From Fusobacteriota bacterium (GTDB taxonomy: Bacteria; Fusobacteriota; Fusobacteriia; Fusobacteriales; JBNJFI01): a stretch of DNA of 64,000 nt. Where the stretch lies: the NCBI GenBank assembly GCA_051746725.1, contig JBNJFI010000003.1:5228-69227 (forward strand), read 5' to 3'. Positions 8,110 through 16,501 of this stretch are shown here, in pieces. How positions within the stretch are numbered: position 1 is the first letter of the stretch; each line of letters opens with the position of its first letter. Made by a program: the position numbers and the translations under genes. A model generated the notes under the pieces. The model saw nothing but the letters and a program-made list of their open reading frames with translations. It was not told the origin of the DNA and ran no database searches.

Positions 8110-8867
8110 TGGGCAAAAAAGTTATATATATTTATATTGTTTTTTCTCTGATAATATCAACGACTATTTTTGGACTTGATTTTGAATATGAAAAAATAAA
8201 TTTAAAAGCTGACTGGAACCGGATAAAAGATATTAACAATCAGAAACTTGAGATCAAAAAAAAAGATATTGGAAAATTTGGGATATTGGTTGGTACTGTT
8301 TTTTTGACAGATAGATATATAGACGAAGCAATTTCCAATATAAAAAACGAATCTTTAGATGAATATACTGACTTAGTTAATCCTCTTGGAGGTCCATTTG
8401 CCGGAAAATTAATATTAGGAAGTTATGCCACAGGAATAATATTGAGAAATGACAGGTTAAAACAGACTTCATTTACCTCATTTGAATCCACTTTATTAGC
8501 AGGAGTTACCACTGGGATTTTAAAACATACTTTTGGTCGTGGAAGACCTGAAATAGAAAAAGAGTCAAATGATAATCCGTATAAATTTAAGCCTTTCGGA
8601 ACTTTTTCAAACAAGGATTATGATTCTTTGCCTTCTGGTCATAGTACTATAGCATGGGCTATGCTTACTCCATTTGCAGAGGAATATACTAGATTAATTT
8701 ATATAGTACCTGCATCTGTTTCCTTTGCGAGGATATATAAAGACAGACATTGGACTTCAGATGTATTAGTAGGTGGTGCTATAGGATTTGGGATAGGCTA
8801 TACTTTATCTAAATGGCATAAAAAAAATATAGAGTTTTATGGAAATGGTATCAAAGTAAGATTTTAA
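8109..8867 (+). CDS. PAP2 superfamily phosphatase
   Basis: KHTFGRGRP, PSGHS, ARIYKDRHWTSDV catalytic motifs; N-terminal hydrophobic segment. Confidence 0.88.
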   Translation: MGKKVIYIYIVFSLIISTTIFGLDFEYEKINLKADWNRIKDINNQKLEIKKKDIGKFGILVGTVFLTDRYIDEAISNIKNESLDEYTDLVNPLGGPFAGKLILGSYATGIILRNDRLKQTSFTSFESTLLAGVTTGILKHTFGRGRPEIEKESNDNPYKFKPFGTFSNKDYDSLPSGHSTIAWAMLTPFAEEYTRLIYIVPASVSFARIYKDRHWTSDVLVGGAIGFGIGYTLSKWHKKNIEFYGNGIKVRF

Positions 8868-8869
8868 GT

Positions 8870-8898
8870 TTGAAACTTTGATTTTAATATGATATAAT
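8870..8898 (+). promoter_or_regulatory. sigma70-type promoter, extended -10
   Basis: TTGAAA-N17-TATAAT with TG at 8890-8891. Confidence 0.75.
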
Positions 8899-8939
8899 AA
8901 CAGAGAAATTAATCAATTTAATATAGAGAGGAGACAAAA

Positions 8940-9281
8940 ATGGTAAGAAAATTAAAAAAGGATAAGGGATCTAAAAATTCGCAAAATATTATGAAACAAG
9001 CTCAAGGAATGCAAAAGAAAATGTTGGAAGTACAAGAGGGATTAAAAGAAAAAGAACTTGAGGCTTCAGTAGGTGGAGGAGCAGTAACAGCAAAAGTTAA
9101 TGGACAAAAGGAATTATTAGGAATAAAATTAAACCCGGAAGTTGTAGATCCCGATGACGTTGAGATGCTTGAAGATTTAGTGACTTCTGCAGTTGTAGAA
9201 GCAATGAGACAGGCAGAAGAATTAGCAGAAAAAGAGATGAATAAAGTTACAGGTGGAATAAACATACCGGGTTTAATATAA
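8940..9281 (+). CDS. YbaB/EbfC family nucleoid-associated protein
   Basis: MKQAQGMQKKM, ASVGGGAV, DPDDVEMLEDLV. Confidence 0.93.
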   Translation: MVRKLKKDKGSKNSQNIMKQAQGMQKKMLEVQEGLKEKELEASVGGGAVTAKVNGQKELLGIKLNPEVVDPDDVEMLEDLVTSAVVEAMRQAEELAEKEMNKVTGGINIPGLI

Positions 9282-9298
9282 ATTAAATCTGAAAAAGT

Positions 9299-9324
9299 TA
9301 AGAGAGAGAGATCTCTCTTTTCTT
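9299..9324 (+). terminator. Probable intrinsic terminator
   Basis: AGAGAG-AGAT-CTCTCT hairpin followed by a T-rich tract, 18 bp after the stop. Confidence 0.6.
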
Positions 9325-9410
9325 ATATTTAAGGAGATAATATCGAAATTGTTTTATGAGTTAAAACGAGATTATTAAAGCATTATATTAAATAAGAATT
9401 AGGAGTAAAA

Positions 9411-10256
9411 ATGAAGGACAAATTGGAAATATATTCTTTTAATTTTGTTAAAAAAATATTATTAATATTACCTAAGGCTTTAAGATACAAACTTGGAGAA
9501 TTATTAGGAATCATAATATATTATACAGTTAAAAGTAGACGTAGAGTAACATATAAAAATTTAAAAATTGCATTTCCAGAAAAAGATAAAAAAGAAATTC
9601 GAGTAATTGCTAAAAAATCTTATGAAAATATAGCAAAATCTTTTTTGGAGATATTATGGTTAGATAAATTAAAAATAGACGTAAAGGGAAAAGAAAACTT
9701 AGATAAAGCTCTTAAAAAAGAAAAAGGTGCTATTTTATTATCGTTACATTTAGATAACTGGGAATTAGCAGGAGCAGCTGTTGCAAAAAAAGGGTATGAT
9801 TTATATGGAGTTGCAAAAAAGCAACATAACGAAGAGTTTAATAAAATAATAAACAAAATTAGAGAAAGTGTTGGAATAAAAATTGTTCAACAGGGAAAAG
9901 GAAGATCCCCTAGAAAATTAATAAAAGCAATTAAGAATAAAGGGGTTATTGGTCTCATATCAGATCAATACGTTGATGATGTGGAAGTGGAATTTTTTTC
10001 AAAAAAGACAAAGGCGCCATCTGGTGCTGCAACCTTTCAAAGAAAATTTGAAATACCGGTAGTTCCAATATATGCCATAAGAAATAAAGATAATTCACAT
10101 ACAGTATATATAGAACCAGAATTAAAGTTAAATAGAAGTGATGATTCCAAAAAAGATATACAAAATAATACTCAAAAATGCATGAATAAAATACAAGAGA
10201 TAATCAAGAAAAAACCTGAACAATGGTTTTGGCAACATAAAAGATGGAGGGATTAA
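9411..10256 (+). CDS. Lipid A biosynthesis lauroyl/myristoyl acyltransferase family (LpxL/HtrB-like)
   Basis: HLDNWE, LISDQ, FFSKKT, PEQWFWQHKRW; adjacent to kdsB. Confidence 0.85.
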   Translation: MKDKLEIYSFNFVKKILLILPKALRYKLGELLGIIIYYTVKSRRRVTYKNLKIAFPEKDKKEIRVIAKKSYENIAKSFLEILWLDKLKIDVKGKENLDKALKKEKGAILLSLHLDNWELAGAAVAKKGYDLYGVAKKQHNEEFNKIINKIRESVGIKIVQQGKGRSPRKLIKAIKNKGVIGLISDQYVDDVEVEFFSKKTKAPSGAATFQRKFEIPVVPIYAIRNKDNSHTVYIEPELKLNRSDDSKKDIQNNTQKCMNKIQEIIKKKPEQWFWQHKRWRD

Positions 10257-10994
10257 ATGAAAAGTTTAGGTATAATTCCAGCTAGATATGGGTCTACTAG
10301 ATTTGAAGGTAAACCTTTAGCTAAAATAGATGGTTTCCCAATGATAGAATGGGTATATAGACGTTCTCTAAAATCAAAATTAGATAGAGTTATTGTTGCA
10401 ACTGATGATAAGAGAATATTAAATGCTGTTCTTGATTTTGGAGGAGAGGCTATGTTAACTGGAAAAGATCATAAAACTGGAACAGATAGAATTAATGAAG
10501 TTGCAAAAAAGTTTAAAGATTATAAAATAATACTAAACATTCAAGGTGATGAACCTTTAATTTATCCTGAGATGATAAATGATCTTCTAGATGGAATGAA
10601 TGAATCAAAAGTTTTAATGGGGAGCTTAAAACATAAAATTAATTCTAAAAAAGATATCGAAAATCCCAATATTGTAAAAGTTATAACAGATAAAAATGGA
10701 AATGCTTTATATTTCAGTAGAAGTCAAATTCCATATAATAGAGGTAATGAAGATATTGATTATTATAAACACATAGGAATATATGGATATAAAAGAAAGT
10801 TTTTATTAAATTATAATAAGATGGAGCCAACAAAATTAGAAAAATCTGAAAGTTTAGAACAGTTAAGAGTTCTTGAAAATGGATATGACATAAAGATGAT
10901 TGAAAGTGAATATGAAGTAATAGGAGTAGATACGCCTGAAGATTTACACGAAGTTAAGAGAATTATAAAACAACAAGATATAAGTTTAAAATAA
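10257..10994 (+). CDS. kdsB: 3-deoxy-manno-octulosonate cytidylyltransferase
   Basis: IIPARYGSTRFEGKPL, TGTDRI, NIQGDEP, LEQLRVLENG, GVDTPEDL. Confidence 0.96.
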   Translation: MKSLGIIPARYGSTRFEGKPLAKIDGFPMIEWVYRRSLKSKLDRVIVATDDKRILNAVLDFGGEAMLTGKDHKTGTDRINEVAKKFKDYKIILNIQGDEPLIYPEMINDLLDGMNESKVLMGSLKHKINSKKDIENPNIVKVITDKNGNALYFSRSQIPYNRGNEDIDYYKHIGIYGYKRKFLLNYNKMEPTKLEKSESLEQLRVLENGYDIKMIESEYEVIGVDTPEDLHEVKRIIKQQDISLK

Positions 10995-11002
10995 TATATT
11001 TT

Positions 11003-11030
11003 AGTAAGAATAAAATCAGTAAGAATAAAA
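11003..11030. repeat. 13-bp direct repeat (15-bp period) upstream of decarboxylase gene
   Basis: AGTAAGAATAAAA at 11003-11015 and 11018-11030. Confidence 0.8.
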
Positions 11031-11072
11031 GAGAATTAAAGCATAAAACTTAAAGGAGAAAAACTAAAAAAA

Positions 11073-12248
11073 ATGAAAAACCGAAAAATTCAAAATTATA
11101 TTTTTGAAGATTATAAAAATGATTTTAAAGAAAAAAAGACGCCTTTTTTGTATATGGACATGTCAAAAATAGAAAATAATTATATTGAAATGAAAGAATC
11201 ATTAGAAAATACTGAGATTTTTTATGCTATTAAGGCAAACTCTAATCGAAAAATTTTACGAAAATTAAAAATTCTAGGATCCTCTTTTGATATAGCTTCA
11301 AAAGGTGAATTAAATATACTTTTAGAAGAAGGTGTAGACCCAGATAAGATAAGTTTCGGAAATACAATAAAAAAAGAAGAAGATATAAAATATGCTTATG
11401 AAAATGGAATTAGACTTTTCGTCGTAGATGAGTTTGCAGAAATGGAAAAAGTTGCAAGAGTTGCCAAAGGAAGTAAAGTTTTTATTAGATTATCAGTCGA
11501 TAATGACAATACTGATTGGCCTTTAACAGAAAAATTTGGATGCAACAGAGAAAAGGCAGTTGAAATATTAGAAAAGGCAAAAGAAAAAGGTCTGATTCCC
11601 TATGGAATTTCCTTCCATGTTGGATCTCAATGTTATAATAAGTTTGCCTGGAGAAATGCTCTAGAGCAAGTCCGAGAAATTTTTGATAATTTAAAAAATA
11701 AAGGAATAAACTTAAAATTTATAAATTTAGGTGGTGGAATTCCAGTTCAACATATCAAAAAGATTCCAACTGTAAAGGAAATATCAGAAATCATCAATGA
11801 AACCATCAAAAAAGAATTTAAAGATTATGATGATTTAAAAATAGCTTCCGAACCTGGAAGATCTTTAGTTGGAGATGCAGGGACACTTATAACAAAAGTT
11901 ATACTGAAATCCCAAAGAAAAAAAACATGGTTATATTTAGATACAGGGATTTTTCATGGATTATTTGAAACCATTCAAAATTTTAGATACGAAATCATAT
12001 CAGAAAGTGAACTTTTAAAATTAGATGATCAAGATACAAAAAGTTATACACTCTCTGGTCCTACCTGTGACAGTATAGATACAATGTATAAAGACATAAA
12101 TTTACCTGCGGATATAGAAATAGGCGACTATTTATTTATAAAAAATGCAGGGGCTTATACTACAGCCTATGCTACAAATTTTAATGGCATTAAAGCTCCA
12201 AAAATTTATTTTAAAGGAGATGATTATGGACCGAGCAAAAAAGTATAA
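11073..12248 (+). CDS. PLP-dependent ornithine/lysine decarboxylase, fold type III (group IV)
   Basis: FYAIKAN (PLP lysine), FDIAS, SFHVGSQ, NLGGG, EPGR, GPTCDSID, GAYT. Confidence 0.9.
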   Translation: MKNRKIQNYIFEDYKNDFKEKKTPFLYMDMSKIENNYIEMKESLENTEIFYAIKANSNRKILRKLKILGSSFDIASKGELNILLEEGVDPDKISFGNTIKKEEDIKYAYENGIRLFVVDEFAEMEKVARVAKGSKVFIRLSVDNDNTDWPLTEKFGCNREKAVEILEKAKEKGLIPYGISFHVGSQCYNKFAWRNALEQVREIFDNLKNKGINLKFINLGGGIPVQHIKKIPTVKEISEIINETIKKEFKDYDDLKIASEPGRSLVGDAGTLITKVILKSQRKKTWLYLDTGIFHGLFETIQNFRYEIISESELLKLDDQDTKSYTLSGPTCDSIDTMYKDINLPADIEIGDYLFIKNAGAYTTAYATNFNGIKAPKIYFKGDDYGPSKKV

Positions 12249-13293
12249 TAATACGAAATTAGTTTTTAATATAATAAGTATATTTCTAAACTTATTTTTA
12301 CTTTATATTTTAGGTTTTTCTAAATTAGGTAATTATATTCAAGATGTCGCTAAAAATTCAACAAATAATAATATGGTTAATATTATTTTATATAGTATAT
12401 TGACTATAACTCTTATCTTTTTTGCAAATTCAATTTTATCTTTTTACACAGGTTATATTTTAGAAAAAAAGTATGATCTATCCAATGAAGATATATTTGG
12501 ATGGCTAAAAAAACAACTAAAAACTTTTTTGATAAGTCTAATATTTGGAGTTATAATTATATTAGCAATGCATGTGATTTTATCTAAAACAAAAGGTGAT
12601 TGGTGGATATATCTATTTAGTTTTTTAGTAATATTTAATTTAATTTTAGGAACTTTAGCTCCAGTTATAATTTTTCCGATCTTTTATGATTTTACAGATA
12701 TAGAAAATGGAGAATTAAAAGAAAAAATATTAGATTTGTGCAAAAAAGGAAATTTAAAAATAAAAGGAATTTTTAAGTTTAATATGAGTAAAGATACTAA
12801 AAAATCCAATGCAGCTTTTACAGGGCTAGGAAAAACTAAAAGAGTTCTTTTGGCAGATAATCTTCTAGACAAATTCACAGATAGAGAGATTTTATCGGTA
12901 TTCGCCCATGAATTAGGACATTTTAAGAAAAAACATATATGGAAAATGATGATTTTTTCTTTTATAATACTTTTGATATCTTTATATTTGATTTCTAGTA
13001 ATATAAATATAGAAAATCATTCTAAATATATAATTATATTTCAAATAGCATTTTATTTATCTATTTTGCAAAATATTACTATGGTTTTGGATAATATATA
13101 TTCAAGAAAAAATGAATATGAAGCTGATAATTATGCAAAAAAGATGATGGGGACTGGAGAAGAATTGATTTCAGCATTAAAAAAATTAAAAGAAGAAAAT
13201 CTAGCTGATGAAAATCCAAATGCAGTTGCAGAATTTATATTTTATTCACATCCATCGATAACAAAAAGAATAAAAAATTTGAAAGGGGATTAA
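12226..13293 (+). CDS. M48 family (Ste24-like) membrane zinc metalloprotease
   Basis: NAAFTGLGKTKRVLL, FAHELGH (HExxH), EYEAD, YSHP; start moved to ATG 12226 after AAGGAG. Confidence 0.9.
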   Translation: MDRAKKYNNTKLVFNIISIFLNLFLLYILGFSKLGNYIQDVAKNSTNNNMVNIILYSILTITLIFFANSILSFYTGYILEKKYDLSNEDIFGWLKKQLKTFLISLIFGVIIILAMHVILSKTKGDWWIYLFSFLVIFNLILGTLAPVIIFPIFYDFTDIENGELKEKILDLCKKGNLKIKGIFKFNMSKDTKKSNAAFTGLGKTKRVLLADNLLDKFTDREILSVFAHELGHFKKKHIWKMMIFSFIILLISLYLISSNINIENHSKYIIIFQIAFYLSILQNITMVLDNIYSRKNEYEADNYAKKMMGTGEELISALKKLKEENLADENPNAVAEFIFYSHPSITKRIKNLKGD

Positions 13294-13294
13294 A

Positions 13295-13882
13295 ATGATA
13301 AAATTCATATTAATGGCAATATCATATATTTTAGGAAGTGTTCCAAATGGCGTTATTTTTGGAAAAGTATTAAAAGGAAAAGATATAAGAAATTATGGAA
13401 GTAAAAATACAGGTGCAACAAATGCCTATAGAGTTTTTGGAAAAGGAATAGGTATTACTGTACTGATAGGAGATATATTAAAAGGGGCTGCTCCAGTATT
13501 AATAGGAAAATATTTTGAAATGCCTGATTTATATCTTGTTTTAATAGGAGCTTTTGCAATATTAGGACATACAAATTCAATTTTTTTGAAATTTAAAGGT
13601 GGAAAAGGTGTTGCAACTAGTTTAGGAGTGTTTTTAGTTTTGATTCCTAAAGTTGTTTTGGCATTAATTATAGTATTTATAGGGATTGTATATTTTTCAA
13701 GATATGTGTCACTTGCTTCGATTACAGTTGCAGCTTTAATGCCAATTTTAGAATTGATTTTCTATGGAAGTCAAAGAATTTCAATTTTTATTTTTACAGT
13801 TATTATGGCAGCTTATGTAATATATAGACATAAAGCAAATATTAAGAGATTAATAAATGGAGAAGAAAATAGATTTAAATAA
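13295..13882 (+). CDS. plsY: Glycerol-3-phosphate acyltransferase
   Basis: YILGSVP, DIRNYGSKNTGATN, DILKG, GGKGVAT, HKANIKRL. Confidence 0.96.
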   Translation: MIKFILMAISYILGSVPNGVIFGKVLKGKDIRNYGSKNTGATNAYRVFGKGIGITVLIGDILKGAAPVLIGKYFEMPDLYLVLIGAFAILGHTNSIFLKFKGGKGVATSLGVFLVLIPKVVLALIIVFIGIVYFSRYVSLASITVAALMPILELIFYGSQRISIFIFTVIMAAYVIYRHKANIKRLINGEENRFK

Positions 13883-13891
13883 GGAGGAATT

Positions 13892-14905
13892 ATGAGTCCT
13901 AAGAATAAAATTGTAGTAATGGGCGCCGGTAGTTGGGGAACAACCTTGGCTATTTTATTAGCTAAAAAAGGAAATGATGTAACTCTATGGGAATATATGC
14001 CAGAAGTTGCTGAAAAACTAAAAAAAGACAGAGAAAATAAAACATATTTAAAAGGTGTAAAATTTCCAGATAACCTAAAAGTAACTAATAATACAGAAAA
14101 CTTGTTAAGTGATGTTAATTATTTAGTCTTTTCTGTTCCGTCGCAATATTTACGAAATATTGTAAAATTAGTAGCTTCTCAAATGAGAGAAGAGCTTACA
14201 ATTGTTGATACAGGAAAAGGAATAGAGATTGATACTCAAAAAAGGTTATCTCAAGTTATTGAAGATGAAATCGAGGAAAAATATCATAATAACATCGTAG
14301 TTCTGTCTGGACCTACTCATGCAGAGGAAGTTGCAAAAAAGAAGCCATCTGCAATAGTTGCTGCAGCTAAAGAGAGATATATTGCCAAAAAAGTACAGGG
14401 CTTATTTAGTACTAGTTATTTCCGAGTATATTCAAATACTGATATAGTTGGAGTTGAGTTGGCAGGTGCCTTAAAAAATTGTATAGCAATAGCATCTGGT
14501 GTATCAGATGGTATGAACTATGGAGATAATACAAAGGCCGCTTTAATAACTAGAGGTTTACAAGAGATGGTGAGATTTGGTCGTGAATTTGGAGCTAATG
14601 AGAAAACTTTTTCAGGATTATCTGGAATAGGGGATCTAATAACTACATGTACAAGTAAACATAGTAGAAATAGGTATTTCGGAGAAGAACTAGGAAAGGG
14701 TAAAAAAAAGGATCAAATTTTAGAAAATATGGTTATGGTTGCAGAAGGAGTACCTACTGTTAAAGCGGTATATGAAATTGCAAAATCAAGATCTATTTCA
14801 ATGCCAGTTGTTGAAGGCCTGTATGATATCATTTATAATGAAAAAGCTCCAGAAAAAATTTTATCAAAACTCATGAATCGGGAACTAAAGGATGAATTTT
14901 ATTAA
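13892..14905 (+). CDS. gpsA: NAD(P)H-dependent glycerol-3-phosphate dehydrogenase
   Basis: GAGSWGT, SGPTHAEEV, GALKN, GLSGIGDLITTC, VAEGV. Confidence 0.96.
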   Translation: MSPKNKIVVMGAGSWGTTLAILLAKKGNDVTLWEYMPEVAEKLKKDRENKTYLKGVKFPDNLKVTNNTENLLSDVNYLVFSVPSQYLRNIVKLVASQMREELTIVDTGKGIEIDTQKRLSQVIEDEIEEKYHNNIVVLSGPTHAEEVAKKKPSAIVAAAKERYIAKKVQGLFSTSYFRVYSNTDIVGVELAGALKNCIAIASGVSDGMNYGDNTKAALITRGLQEMVRFGREFGANEKTFSGLSGIGDLITTCTSKHSRNRYFGEELGKGKKKDQILENMVMVAEGVPTVKAVYEIAKSRSISMPVVEGLYDIIYNEKAPEKILSKLMNRELKDEFY

Positions 14906-14911
14906 AAAATC

Positions 14912-14940
14912 TTGAAAATTTTAAAAATAAAAGGTATAAT
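14912..14940 (+). promoter_or_regulatory. sigma70-type promoter
   Basis: TTGAAA-N17-TATAAT. Confidence 0.7.
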
Positions 14941-14989
14941 AAATTAAGAAATAAAATAAAAATTGATATTTAGATGATAGGAGGAAATT

Positions 14990-15328
14990 ATGAAGTTAGA
15001 TATGACAAAAGAAGAAAATGGTATAAAATTAGTATCCATTGAAGGTGAAATAGATGTATATACTTCTTTAGAAATAAAAAAAGATTTAAATCAAATAATT
15101 GATGAAGATGGATTAAAATTAGTTATAGATTTAGATCAAGTTACTTACATAGACAGTTCAGGGCTAGGAGTATTTGTTACAATTTTAAAAAAGATTAACA
15201 AAAAAGGTGGTAATATGAAACTTATAAACTTACAACCTAGTGTAGAGAAAATTTTTGAAATAACAAGGCTTAAAAAGTTTTTTGAGATTTATGAAAATAA
15301 AGAAGAGGCAATAAAAAGTTTTAATTAA
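14990..15328 (+). CDS. STAS-domain anti-sigma factor antagonist (SpoIIAA/RsbV-like)
   Basis: IEGEIDVYT, IDLDQVTYIDSSGLG with the conserved phosphorylatable Ser. Confidence 0.92.
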   Translation: MKLDMTKEENGIKLVSIEGEIDVYTSLEIKKDLNQIIDEDGLKLVIDLDQVTYIDSSGLGVFVTILKKINKKGGNMKLINLQPSVEKIFEITRLKKFFEIYENKEEAIKSFN

Positions 15329-15336
15329 TCAGGAGG

Positions 15337-16476
15337 ATGGATAGAAATATGCTTAATATAAAAATAGATAGAGAAGCTTTTTTGAAAGGACTTAAAGTTG
15401 TAGAAAATGCAATTAATGAAAATAAGATAAGACCAGTTATTTCTGGAGTTTATCTTAAAACAGAAAATAATCAAATTATTTTAAAGGGAACAGACCTTGA
15501 ACTTACAATTGATATTACAGTAGAAGGAGAAATAATAGAAGAAGGAGCAATTGTATTTTCTCATAAATTAGTTGAAGAATATGTAAAAGAGATAAACACA
15601 GAAAAATTAGAATTAATTGAAAAAAATGGAGAATTAAAAATCCAAACTTCTGATTCTGTATCAAAATTTTCCTTATATGAAGCTGAAGAATACCCAGTTA
15701 TTCAAGAGTTAGATAATGGAAAGGAATTTTATATAGATAAGAAAAAATTTCAAACTTCTCTTGAGAATACAAGAATTGCAGCTGCGGAATCAACAGAAAA
15801 TTTAGCAATAAATTGTGTTAGATTAGAAATAACGGATGATAAAATAAAAATGATATCTTCCGACAGTTTTAGAATGGCATATAATGAATTAGAAATAGAA
15901 AATGAAGAAAATAAAGGTAAAAATCTTAAAATAAGTATACCATTGAAAACAGTAGATAGTTTTTTAAAAGTTATAAAATTAGATGAAAGTAAGAGTGTCA
16001 ACCTGAGATATGAAGGAAGTCAAGTTTATTTTAGAATAGGAAACATATCTATTTTAAGTAGAACAATAGACTTGTCTTTTCCAGATTATGAAGCTATATT
16101 AGGGAATGCCGTTTATAATAAAAAAGTTTTATCTAACAAAAAAGAATTAAAAGCTATATTACGTAGGGTATTAATTTTTGTAAGAAATAATACTGAAACT
16201 AAAAATAGTGGAATCTTTAACTTTGTTGGAAATGAATTATTAATAAAAGGTGTGTCTGATAGAGCAAAGGTAAATGAAAAAGTAGAAACATTAAAAACAG
16301 GTGATGATCTGAAGATATCACTGAATGTAAAGTATTTATTAGATTTTATTAATCGATTAGATAGTGAAAATATTGAAATGGAGTTACAAAATGCCAGTAG
16401 TGCTGTTTTATTACACGGTGAAGATGATAAAAGTTATAAATACCTTACAATGCCTTTGGCTTTAAGAGAAGAATAA
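15337..16476 (+). CDS. dnaN: DNA polymerase III beta sliding clamp (start possibly 15349)
   Basis: KGTDLELTI, SSDSFRMA, SRTIDLSFPDYE, ISLNVKYLLD, YLTMPL; ~375 aa. Confidence 0.92.
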   Translation: MDRNMLNIKIDREAFLKGLKVVENAINENKIRPVISGVYLKTENNQIILKGTDLELTIDITVEGEIIEEGAIVFSHKLVEEYVKEINTEKLELIEKNGELKIQTSDSVSKFSLYEAEEYPVIQELDNGKEFYIDKKKFQTSLENTRIAAAESTENLAINCVRLEITDDKIKMISSDSFRMAYNELEIENEENKGKNLKISIPLKTVDSFLKVIKLDESKSVNLRYEGSQVYFRIGNISILSRTIDLSFPDYEAILGNAVYNKKVLSNKKELKAILRRVLIFVRNNTETKNSGIFNFVGNELLIKGVSDRAKVNEKVETLKTGDDLKISLNVKYLLDFINRLDSENIEMELQNASSAVLLHGEDDKSYKYLTMPLALREE

Positions 16477-16501
16477 AACGAAGAAAATAAAGGGGGAAAA
16501 G

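Noticed and set aside
9351-9367. GTTTTA-TGAGT-TAAAAC inverted repeat resembling type II CRISPR repeat ends
   Set aside because: Single 17-bp element, no array and no cas genes; expected by chance in AT-rich DNA
12145-12225. N-terminal extension of the M48 protease
   Set aside because: Would overlap the decarboxylase by ~100 bp; an SD (AAGGAG) precedes ATG 12226
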